Source: Octopus sinensis (taxonomy: Eukaryota). Taken from it: a stretch of DNA of 64,000 nt. Shown here one piece after another: positions 52,583-64,000 of this stretch; within the stretch, counting starts at the first letter, position 1; every line of letters begins with the position of its first letter. The stretch covers positions 35,464,001 through 35,528,000 of the forward strand of contig NC_043005.1 of assembly GCF_006345805.1 (NCBI RefSeq), in the 5' to 3' direction. The notes below the pieces were generated by a model, which worked only from the letters and a program-made list of their open reading frames with translations, was not told the DNA's origin and did no database searches. The translations under genes and the position numbers were made by a program.

Positions 52583-54776
52583 TGAATTTAGGAGAAAACA
52601 GAGTAAATGGTAATGTCTGGAGCACAGTTGGTAAAGAAAATACTTATGTAAAAATAAAGAAAAAGCAAAAAAGAAAACTCAATGAAATGAAAAAAAAATA
52701 ATGCATTTGATAGTATATAAGATGTTCTATATTTTCAAAAGATATCAATACGAAGTTGAGCCTCCATACTTTAAATATAATATGCCTTTTACCTTGAATA
52801 TGCGCTGCTAAAATTAGGGAGTGTTCAAATATGCCCGTGCGTCTTTTATGCCATCAAATGCGATAAATAACAACATAAAATAAGAACGAGGAGGAAAAGA
52901 GAGAGGAGGGGGTGGTTGATGCAAAAGAGAGAAAGAGAGAGAAGAGGGGGTGGTTGATGCAAGAGAGGGAGAGAGAGAGAGAGAGGAATAGATTGTTAGA
53001 CAGAAAAGAGTGAAAAGAAATAATACAGATTACATATATCCACTACAATGGCACTCTTAATAGAATTTGGAAGACATCAGTTTAGTTACGTAATAACTAA
53101 ATCCAATAATTAACTGAACAGCAAAACAAGAGGGTTCGTCAATGATTGACAAAAATATTTCTCTGCAGACGACTTCCTTTCTTTCTCTTCTTCCTTCTTT
53201 CCGGTTTTTCTTTTTTTTTTTATCTTTTGCTTTCCTTTTTTTTTCTATCTGATTGTTTTTAATTTCTTTTATCTATTTATTTGTTTTCCTTTCTATCCGG
53301 CTATTTTTTGCTTTTTCTTCTGTGCTTTTTTTTTACTTTTTGTAATTTCTACACCACATTTCGCCAGTCAGAAATTTTAGACGGATGTTGCATAAAACAG
53401 TCCACACACACACACACATAGACATACACACATAGCTTAAACACATACCATAGAATCGCAACTATGCGCTTCTTTGTGAATGAAGGAATATCAAATACAT
53501 TCAATATTATATGAATGTATACATACGTAAATAAATATATACATATATATATTTATATGACTTATTTGTAATGAGTATATTTATGCATGTATGCATTGAT
53601 ATGTATATATGTATATGTGCATATGTATAAGTGTATATGTAAGGGTGCATGCTGTGAATATTTCAGTCGATTATTTACTCTTATATAGCATTTTGTCCCG
53701 AACTCTACCGAGTCAGCCAAGCCAACGCCAAGTTTTAATTTAATAATCATTCCTAACATAGCTAAAAAAAGAAATTTTAGGGTTTTTATGATGGAGGGTA
53801 TGTATAATTTATTTATCCACCCCTGTTTTTCACTGATAGTTTATTTTATAGAGCCTCGGAAAAGCAAAGTTAACCTCGATTGGATTTGAACTCAGAACGT
53901 AAGAGATCGTCACTGAATACTGTAAGGTATATTGTCTACGGCTTTTGAGGTACTACCTCTACATATATTTAGTGGAAGGAATTTAGTCAGTTATATCAGC
54001 CCTACAACTGATTTGCTACTTTACTTTGTCAAACCACCATCCCAAGTTTCGACTGGATTTGAACTCAGAACGTGACGGAAGGTAACACAAAAACCAATAT
54101 TTTCGTCGTGCTCCAGATACTGTTTATCTATTGCCCCTCCTGATTAATTAGCATTTATTTTTTGTCTTCAGTCAATAAGTGTTATTTCTTATTTACGTCT
54201 TACAAGAAATCAAAAGAAATGACTTCAAATTTTGCTTTCGTGATCGGGACATCAATGTTTCGAAACGGACCTATTTTCCATTACATTTCACATAGATTGA
54301 GCTCTGAGTTGCTGAAGAAGAAATATCGTTGTAGCAAATATTCTGCTCAGTAACACAGATTTGCTTGGCCTTAACCACTTGAGCATGTCTCCTAGTGGCT
54401 GACAATATGTGCGTCTCTGATCATGTGCAGAAGTAGTGTGGAGCATCATAGCCATGTATTGAGAGGGATTCATTGGGATTTGAAATAATGTTATAAAAAC
54501 AAAGTTTGAAGCAAATATTAACCATTTTCCATAATTTCTAGGAGTGAGCAAATAGGAAATAACAGTTGCTACCCAAGGACAAACATCGTATCACACAGTG
54601 TTATCATTGTTAATTACCGCATATGTCCCCGTTTTCCAAATAATTATTTAAAAAAATTCTATTGTGTCTTTCTCTGATTCCACCCTCACTTTCTCTCACA
54701 CGACATTTTTATCCCCGGTTTTGTATCTGGTTTGCATGATTCAAGTGAATTCGTGAGTTGAAACGAATTTTGATGT

Positions 54777-55081
54777 GTCTAGGAAGACTCATTATGTCAT
54801 TATCATTAACTCACACACTGGTTCAGTTCCACTCCTTTATTATTAGTCAATTAGTTAAATATCCAACTAAGTAATAGACTAAGTCAAAATTCATTGAAAA
54901 GTTTGCAAGTAGCAACGGAAGAGCTTTGACAAACAAAAACAAAACAAATGAGTTACTGTTTAACCAAATTAAACGAACAATCGATTAGTTAGATGGATAT
55001 TTAATCAATTGACAAAAGTAAAAGAGTGGAATTGAACGAATGCGTGTGTTAATAATATTGGCATAATGACTCTCCCTAGAC
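54777..55081. repeat. Diverged foldback cassette, about 100-bp arms around a 100-bp spacer
   Basis: gtctaggaagactcattatgtc...atatccaactaagtaat is inverted at 54982-55081. Confidence 0.8.
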
Positions 55082-55299
55082 TCAACAATATATATAGGTC
55101 GATAAATTAAGTACCAGTTGCATACTGAAGTCGATCTAATCAGCTGCCCCCACCAAATTTCAGGCCTTGTGCCGTGTGTAGAAAAGAATATATATATATG
55201 TACTCACACACACATATATATACACGGTACTACTTTGGTATGCGATCTACGTGTCATGAAACTGTTTTGGTATGCTATCTACACTAATAATAAATGTAT

Positions 55300-55700
55300 T
55301 CTTTTCTACTCTAGGCACAAAGCCCGAAATTTTGGGGGATGGGAGCCAGTCGATTAGATCGACCCCACTACGCAACTAGTACTTCATTTATCGATCCCGT
55401 AAAGATGAAAGCAAAAATCAACCTCGGCGGAATTTGAACTCAGAATGACAGACGAGATACCTATTTCTATTTCTTTATTGCCCACAAGGGGCTAAACATA
55501 GAGGGGGCAAACAAGAACAGCAAACGGATTAAATCGATTACATCGACCCCAGTGCGTAACTGGTACTTAATTTATCGACTCCGAAGGGATGAAAGGCAAA
55601 GTCGACCTCGGTGGAATTTGAACTCAGAACGTAACGGTAGACGAAATACGGCTACGCATTTCGCCCGGCTTGCTAACGTTTCTGCCACCTCATCGCCTTA
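55300..55700 (-). mobile_element. Two tandem or nested SINE family B copies with different tails
   Basis: Duplicated Meta-like domain. Confidence 0.85.
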
Positions 55701-55999
55701 CAATAATAGTAAATTTTTTAAACAATAAAATTAGTGAAGTTGTTTCAAATTTGCTTCATTATAATTTCTTTTTAATAATAGATGTATAGTATGTATAAAA
55801 ATTTTGTCAATATTTACTTTTCTAGCTGAAGTTCGTTTGATTCGCCCATAAAATTAGTAAACTTGTTTCAAACCTGCTTCATTTTAAGTTTTTAAAAATA
55901 AATGTATAAAAATGTAAGAATATTCTATTTAAGCCATAATAAATAAAAATGAAAAATGTAGATCTGTTCGTTCAAACTGCACATATTTGTGGAGTAGCT

Positions 56000-56460
56000 C
56001 TTCATCTATACAAAGAAACTATTCAACGCAGTCTCCATCACAAGAGATGCATTTGCGTCATCGTTGAATCCATCTCTGGAATCCTGTTTGGAAATATTAA
56101 GCTGCGCGCTGTTAGGCCCATTTCTTCGGAGTTCCTTACATCTCATCTCTGTCACGAAATCATTGTCCCAAAGATTGTTTGACGTTCTTCCCTGCGGCAA
56201 ACGGGTGGTAACCAGCAGGTGTCAGTTCCAGGATGTACAGTGGATGGAGCGACTATTGAATAACCTAATTTGCTGAGTGATGTGTTATCAAAGATGCGTG
56301 TGGCCTCGCAATGCCATGGTATCATCTAATTAACAATCCGTAGTCTTGATGGATGTCAGACAATCCGCATCCCAGCCCTTTCATTTAGTGGTCAATGATG
56401 GTATGTTGCTTCTGCTTGGAATCCAGTATTTGTCTACATAGAGCAAGAAAAAGCTTACCA
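56000..56460 (-). pseudogene. Highly decayed mariner transposase C-terminus
   Basis: HPLYILELTPAGYHPF resembles HPPYSPDLAPSDYHLF; FQTGFQRWIQR*RKCISCDGDCVE. Confidence 0.7.
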
Positions 56461-56589
56461 CTAAGGAAAATTTACTCAACCAACGTGTGCAATTTGAACG
56501 ACCTGTACAAATTAATAGAAGTGTTTCATTGCTTTAAGTATAAAACTCGTCTATGTGTGAGTATGTATGCATAATATGCACGTTTACAA

Positions 56590-56865
56590 ACATACATACA
56601 TACATACATGCATGCATACATACATACATACATGCATACATGCATACATGCATGCATACATACATGCTTACATGCATACATGCATACATACATACATACA
56701 TGCATGCATACATGCATACATACATACATACATGCATACATACATACATACATGCATACATGCATACATGCATACATACATACATGCATACATGCATACA
56801 TACATGCATACATGCATACATGCATACATACATACATACATACATACATACATACATACATACAC
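56590..56865. repeat. (CATA)/(CATG)n tetranucleotide array
   Basis: Directly visible. Confidence 0.95.
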
Positions 56866-57009
56866 GAGTGCTATACTGAAGAAATGTAGTGTGTATAACG
56901 CTTTTATTAATATGTTCAGGTCATTCCAATTGAGCATGTTTCGAGAGTAACTGTGTGTGTGTGTGTGTGTATTTTTATATACATTACACACGTATCCGTA
57001 TAGTGTTGG

Positions 57010-57225
57010 TTTCAAATTTTGTCTCAAGGCCAATAACTTCAGGGGTGAGGGACGTAGTCAATTACATCGACCCCGGTGCTCGACTTGTAATATATTTTAT
57101 CGACCTCCAAAGGATGAAAGCAAAGTCGGCCTCGGCAAAATTTGAACGTAGAAACATAAAGACAGATGAAATGCCACAGAAGATTTTGCGCAACAGGCTA
57201 ACGATTCTCCTAAGCTCGCCGCCTT
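57010..57225 (-). mobile_element. SINE family B
   Basis: Meta-like domain and head. Confidence 0.8.
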
Positions 57226-57359
57226 AAAAACGTATCCGTATTATGGGGACAGACAAAATAGTACTCATTACCATAGTAAAGATTAATAATATATTTTTAT
57301 CTTGATCGAGCCACAGTTTCTTGTTATTCTGAGTTTTGCCTGTGGGTGAATAGGGCTTT

Positions 57360-57401
<42 letters not shown>

Positions 57402-57452
57402 CGTGTGTGTGTCTGTGTGTGTGTGCGTGCGTGTGTGTGTGTGCGTGCGTAT

Positions 57453-57496
<44 letters not shown>

Positions 57497-58034
57497 ACTT
57501 GTACTCATTCATAGCACGAAGGCTAATGTATGCGGTATGCGTTATGTTTTCTCTCTCCATTTCCTTTTCGCTCTTCCTCTCTTTCTCCTTCTCTCTCCCT
57601 CCCTCCCCGTCTCTGCATTTCCCCCCCTCTCTCTCTGTCTCTCTCTGTCTCTTTCTCTCTGCCTCTCTCTGTCTCCTTCTCTCTATCATCACCAACAAAT
57701 TTCAATGTAATTATTGTTGCTCTTTTGTTGTTATTTTAATTGTGGTCGTCGTCATTCTCGTTACTGTTGCTGATATTACTGATTAAAGTGTAGACGATAA
57801 TTTAAAGGGGCAGAGCCTTTTTTTTTTGTTTACTTGTTGTTATTGTTTGTTGTTGCTGCTGCTGCTGTTGTCGTTGTTGTTGTTGTTGTTGCTCTCATTG
57901 CTTTTCTTCTTGACGCCACTGTTGCTGTTCCTGTTAATTCTATTGTGGCTATGTATCTTTTTTGCTTAGTGGTTGATATCTTTGTTGTTGTACTGTTTAC
58001 AATTCATACTTCTATAAAATGGGTCGGCATTTAC

Positions 58035-58085
<51 letters not shown>

Positions 58086-58107
58086 CAATAGATAGATAGA
58101 TAGATAT

Positions 58108-58180
<73 letters not shown>

Positions 58181-58182
<2 letters not shown>

Positions 58183-58605
58183 CCGTAATATACTCGGCTA
58201 TAAGTCGCACTTTTTTCCCCTGAAATTTTCACCTAAAGTTGGGGTGCGACTTATAAGCGCATCCTATAAAAAAAAAACTTCGGATATTTTCTTGGTACAA
58301 GCCACGTCAGAAGTTCCGACACTTGGAATGACCGAAAGGGATAAAATTTTACATTACAAGCAACGGTTTCTAAAATGCATGGACTTAATGGGATAACTGT
58401 TATTGTAGGTCATCTTTAGCTTACTGAAAGCTCGTTACCAAACAACAATTAAGTCGGCGCGATTCCTAATTGAATTTTGCTCTCCAACATCAAAAAAGTC
58501 GCTGCGACTTATAGTCAGGTCAATGATAAAATTCCCGATTTGAACCTTATAAGTTGGGAGTGCGTCTTATAGGCGAGGGCGTTTTATAGTCGAGTATATA
58601 CGGTA
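58181..58605. mobile_element. pogo/Tc1-type MITE
   Basis: TAccgtaatatactcggctataa ... ttatagtcgagtatatacggTA; repeated subterminal gcgacttata motifs; inserted in (GATA)n. Confidence 0.9.
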
Positions 58606-58948
58606 ATTAGATAGAGAGATAGGTAGTTAGACAGAAAGGTAGATAGATAAATAGATAGTTAGAAAGATAGATAGTAAGATAGACAAACAGACAGACAGAC
58701 AGATAGAGTGAAAATGACTGGTAGACTGAAGGAGAAAGAAAAAGGGATAATAAAGAGAGAGAGAGCGCGAGGAAAGAAAGAAGTGGACTGAGGATGAAAG
58801 CAGGAGGAACAATAAGCAAAGAGAGAAAGAGTATGCCACATATTGCGTACAATCACCTTCCAAATATGGAGGCATACAATTGCACATACATACACTCACA
58901 CGTACGCGTTTCCCCGCGCGCAAATACAGATGCATACAAAGATATATA

Positions 58949-60010
58949 CTGGGTTGGCAACTAAGTTGCCACCGTTTTTTTTAAAATTTGGAATTAATTG
59001 CGTTTTTAAACTTTGGAATTTTTTTTTTTTCGAGAATTCTATTTTTGAATCATTTTGGAATCTATTTTGTTTTTTCTTTCTAGTTAATTTTAGTTAATTT
59101 TTGTTTATTTTTAGATAATTAAAATGGAATGTCAAGTTGAGAAAATCGAGCATTTTCGACACCTCCTTCTTTTTGCTTTTAATCAAGATTCTAAGGCCGC
59201 AAAAGCTGCTCACGACATTTGTGCTGTGTATGGAGAGGGTGCAATAGCTGAAAGAACCGCTCGTGATTGGTATGCCAAGTTCAAAACTGGAAATTTTGAC
59301 CTCAAAGACGCACCTCATTCTGGCTGTCCAGTTGAGTTCGATAAAGAGCGATTAAACCAACTTTTGCACGAAAATTCTTGTCAAACGACGAAGGAACTGG
59401 CAGAGAAAATGGAATGCTCCCACACTGCTATAGAGAAGTATCTTCACTTGATGGGAAAGGTTCAGAAGTATGGAACATGGGTTCCGCATACTTTAAGTGA
59501 CAACAACAAAAATCAACAAGCCACAATCTCCGCTGGTTTGCTTGCTCGTCAACGGTCAACGCGGAACTCTATGTTCAATAGATGGAACGACTCAACACGG
59601 CTATTCCAGAGAAAAGACCTCATAGGCAGCATGGAGTTCTTCTGCTACACGACAACGCCCGCCATCATATCACCAATATGACCAAGGAAGCCATTCAAAC
59701 GCATGGCTGGGAAGTGCTGCCACACCCACCGTACTCTCCTGATTTGGCACCAACTGATTTCCACCTCTTTCTATCTCTTTCAAATGCTATGCGCGGAGTT
59801 TTCGTTCAATACTGATGCAGAATTGAGAGCTTGGTTGGATCAATTTTTCGAGTCGAAATCAGATGATTTCTATCAACAAGGTATTGAAAATCTTACTGAA
59901 CGTTGGGAAGAAGTTGTAAACAACAAGGATGAATACATTATTGATTAATTAGTTGTTAGTTTTTATTAAATCTTTTAAAAAATTTAAATAAAAAAAAAAA
60001 CGGCAGCTAC
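58949..60010 (+). mobile_element. Mariner (DD34D) with internal deletion
   Basis: HTH N-terminus, WVPHTL, HDNARHH, YSPDLAPTDFHLF; first catalytic D region deleted; partial TIRs. Confidence 0.92.
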
Positions 60011-61244
60011 TGTACAGTACTTCTCAATACCAACACTATCGAAATATTTAACCTTTTCCCCTGATAACACCTATATTGCCCATCGTTACCATTATGACTA
60101 CCATTACCGTCGTCGACATTGTAGACATGTATCTATTGCCTCCCTCCCGCCACCGCAGAATAAAGAAAACCAAAAGCGAAAAACAACAAAGAATGTGTGA
60201 ATATCATATCCTTTCTTTCTTCACCTCCACTACCACTACCCGTTACCCTGTCATGCCACCCTATATTATGGCTCTATTTTATTCAATTCTCTCGTCAATT
60301 CATGCATGACTGAGCCAAAATGGATCCGAAAAACTCGTTTTAGTTGGTCTTTTCAATGTATTAGCGAGACAGACAATGTTGGCAAACTGTGAAAGGATAA
60401 CATTACCGTGATCGTCTGTTTCAATGAAATAAAGTGAACAGAAAACAAAACAAAACAAAACAAAACAAAAGACGGCAAGCGAGAGTGGGGGTGAAGAGGT
60501 AGGAGGAGGAGGGCAAACATGAGAGACATGATGGGCAAACAATTAGACAAAAGGAGAAATTAAAGAAAGACGTAATGGGCGGAGAAAAATAGTCAGGGAA
60601 AGAAGAAAAAGAAATAAAATGAAAGGTAAAGCGAAAGCGTAACAAACGTTGAAAAGTTTGATGGAAGATTGACAGTAACGACTGAATATGAAGAAAAGGA
60701 AATAAATAAGGAAATGAATAAAGGTGAGGAAGAGGTATAATATTGCGCGGATACAATAAGTTACAAAAAAATGTATTTCTGAATCGTAAAGAACTAAATC
60801 GAATTTCAAGGCGGCGACAGTTTGTTTTTAATGTGGAAATATAATGAATGGAATGATAAAAACTTTCTTTGATTTTTCGGTTTTATGCATTCAATCAAGA
60901 TTATACATTCCTAGAATTTTATATTTATCGGTGTCAAAATGATACATGGATTTCATTTTTTAATATTTTTATTCATTTTGTTTTTTAGTTTAACGTTTCT
61001 AAGATGAATTGGAATACTGTGATAATAGACAGCCCTAAGAAATGGTAATGAAATAATCATGAATTACTCGGTTACATATAGGTGTATGTATGTGTGCACG
61101 CGTGCACCCCTACAGACACACACACACGTGAAATTAAATAAATGACAAGGTGTCAAGAAATGTCATGAACGTCATTAGCTAACAGTTGTTTCTGCTACAG
61201 GGTGCGATGTGCTCATATATATATATGTATGTGCGTGTGTGCGT

Positions 61245-61445
61245 GTTCACATTTGTGTTTGTATTTGTCTCTCACCATTTCATAACCGGTGTTAGTTTCT
61301 CTTATACCCCCGTGACTTAGCAGTTTGGCAAAAGAGACCCAATAAGTCCCAGTACTGGGATCAATCTGTTCAGCAAAAATCCTTCAAGGCAGTGCTCCAT
61401 CCTGGCCACTCTGCAATAACTGGAACAAATAAAAGGGAAAAGGGT
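61245..61445 (+). mobile_element. SINE family A 3' half, degenerate
   Basis: Tail homology. Confidence 0.65.
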
Positions 61446-62164
61446 AAAAAAAGTTCAAACTTTCTAATTCGTACCCTTTGCCCTAACAATAAATTTGCTT
61501 AAATAGCTCATCGCTATTCTATATTAAACGCAACATTAAATTTATAAAATAAAAACTTTTATTTATTATAGCAAAATGCTGCACAGAAAAACGACGAAGG
61601 AACATACAGAAAACAGGAAAAAAATAGACAAAGGATGTTGACACGCTCACTTCTCATCAGTTATCAACCAATATTCGTCACAATTCACCACCTTTTCGAG
61701 AACTTTGCTCAATTTTGTGACGTCAACAACGAAAAGTTTTTCAGGCATCAATGAGCGAACTTGAAAGAAAGAATAAGCCAAGTGCAAAAATGACGGGGTT
61801 CTTTAGACTGAACGGCAAATAGGACGAGTTAGAAGGAGAGCGAGAAAATATATAAAATAAAAAAAGTAATGACAGCGATGAAAAATTATATATTATAATT
61901 AACGACTATGAGGTCTGGCCAAGGTGATGACCCGAAAGTAAGCACGGAATATTTAATCTGTTATTTCACAGTCGCACACTCACCACCTCTATGTGTTGTC
62001 TGTGAGACAATAGAAAGGTCGAGGAGACACCATTGTCGCGTTGTGTCTTTAGGGCATCAGTTGATCTTAATCCGACCCTGATTATCTATACTTAATGTTT
62101 GAATGCTTATATTTAATGTTTGTGTGTGTTTGTATGTGTGTATGTGTCTCTGTGCGTGTGTGTA

Positions 62165-62367
62165 CGAGGTGGTATTAAAAAGTTCCCGGACTAGGTATCC
62201 ATAATAAAGAACAACGTATTTACCTAAATTTTAACATTTTCTTTGAAGCAGTCACCTTGCGCAGCACTACACCAGTCCCAGCATTCCTGCCACTTTTGGA
62301 ATCCGGTTGGGAAGTCGTTTTCCGTAAGCGAGTTGAAGACCTTCTGCGATTCACTCTTGATCTCAAC
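62165..62367 (-). mobile_element. Mariner 3' end with TIR
   Basis: TA|cgaggtggtattaaaaagttcccggact; FQKWQECWDWCSAAQGDCF. Confidence 0.85.
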
Positions 62368-62374
62368 AAATATA

Positions 62375-62810
62375 TATCTTTCTATTCACTTGTTTCAACC
62401 ATTAGATTGCGGCCATGCTGGGGTACCACCTTGAAGAATTTTAGGAAAACGAATCGACCCTGGTATTTATTTTTTTAAAAGTCAAGTACTTATGAATATC
62501 TTTTGCCGAACCGCTAAGTTACGGGGACGTAAACACACCAGCATTGGTTGTCCAGCAGTGTTGGGGACAAGCACAGATACACACACGCACGCAACCCCCC
62601 TACACAAACTCACACACACACACAGAGATCCACTTACACAAACACGTGCACACACATATACGACTGGTTTCTTTCAGTTTCCGTCTATAAAATCCACATG
62701 AAAAAGCTTTGGTTGATCCGGGGCTATAGTAGAAGATACTCGCTTAAGGTGGGACTTGATCCATAACTAAGTGGTTGAGAAGCAAACTTCTTGCCACACG
62801 GCTACGCCAT
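62375..62810 (-). mobile_element. SINE family A
   Basis: Head and tail homology. Confidence 0.8.
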
Positions 62811-63829
62811 TCGTGTAAAGTCATAATCAAGACGTTCATGTGCATTTGAACTTGAGAAGATCGCTGCTGAGCTAGTCCCGGCAGAACATTGTTCTTTCAG
62901 ACATGTGTGACGGGCTGTAAGTGACATCACAGGATCGTAGGGCGCATGTGATTTCGTGTAGTTTCAGTTTTTCCAGCCTATAGATAAACGGCTTCTAATT
63001 TGGGCAGGAGGCCAGTAATTTTGAGGAGAATGTGATTGCCGTATCGTCAATCTAAACAGTTGACTATTACGTTATTTTACCGTCCTCAAAGTATGAATCA
63101 GGTCCCAGACCCAACTCTAACCACAAATTTCTGGATTCACTCCTGTATTACGATACTCCAGTTCAACTATTCACTGTTCGGTCCAGCAGTAATTTTTATC
63201 TTAATGCGTTTCGTTAGGAAGGTTCTCGAACAATAGCGCCTCAGTTCATGCAAGTGGACAGGGCTACAGCTGGTGCAGTATTTTAAGATTTTGTTAGTAT
63301 TGGATATACATTTATACTGTACTTTTTTTTTGTCCCAGACAAAGGAATAACTAAACTCCACAAAAGGAAAATTATTGTGAGAAATACGGAATAACAGTTA
63401 AACTTTGAAAAAATACTTCATCAACATGACATCTGAAATAGAACAAAATAAAAATAAAATAAAGATTACAGTAAAATCTTCACAATAAAAAACATTTCAA
63501 TCATAAAATCTTTAAAATATTTTGCTTATTGCGACCATTTATAGAAGTACCACTCAGATATGACATTCCGAATAGAACGAAATAAAAACAGAACAGAGAT
63601 TAAAATCTGCACAGCTGAAATATTTCAAATAAGAAAATATATTTTAATCTTCAGATCTTGAAACTATTTACATTATTACCATTTGTAAAAATTTCACACG
63701 GACATGACAAAACAAACGTTGCAATTAAATTACAATGGGAAAACATTAAAAAGTATGCAAATATTAAACATACAAGTATAAGGAAAATATTTAACTCTTC
63801 AAATCCTGAAAACTGACTGCAGTCATCCA

Positions 63830-64000
63830 TAGCCCCAGAACCAGAAAAATCATCAGGGTCATCAATACTGTTCGAAGTATCCCAATCTTCAAACAGAATG
63901 TCATCTTCTGTGCCATCTAATGCATTACTGATACCACATTTTTAAAAAGGTTTTACTACTATTTCAGTTTTCACAGCGTTCCATGATCTCAAGACCCACT
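63830..64000 (-). mobile_element. pogo/Tigger transposase C-terminus (runs off the window)
   Basis: WVLRSWNAVKTEIVVK.F.KCGISNALDGTEDDILFE. Confidence 0.85.

Larger units (their letters stand above)
45926..52863. mobile_element. Paired pogo/Tigger-like TIRs 6.9 kb apart
   Basis: TA|ccgtatttgatggcctgtaagacgcacgagc vs gcccgtgcgtcttttatgccatcaaatgcga|TA. Confidence 0.5.

Noticed and set aside
59124-59948. Domesticated SETMAR-like transposase gene
   Set aside because: Internal deletion removes the first catalytic Asp; frameshifted; TIR remnants remain
61640-61960. Additional hammerhead-like pieces (ctgatga on the minus strand; ctatgaggtc...gacccgaaa)
   Set aside because: Core and stems cannot be assembled in the right order

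Overview
AT-rich, microsatellite-dense eukaryotic non-coding DNA. The SINE repertoire and simple-repeat load point to an octopus or other coleoid cephalopod (inference, no database search). No intact protein-coding gene is present, and almost all ORF-track entries are microsatellite or TE artefacts. The window contains about 40 tRNA-derived SINE copies from three head types, decayed Tc1/mariner, pogo and hAT elements, Helitron ends, and fragments of RTE, CR1-like, R4/Dong, Gypsy and Penelope-like (PLE) retroelements. It also has a tRNA-Asp pseudogene and a candidate spliced 5' end of a minus-strand gene at about 17.66-18.43 kb. The most striking unannotated signal is a dispersed set of about 8 minimal type I hammerhead ribozyme motifs with palindromic stem III. 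Several sit in or between inverted repeats, and one carries a compensatory G3:C8 core swap. Several long palindromes and a 10-kb-spaced inverted duplication are also present. All identities and folds were judged by eye.
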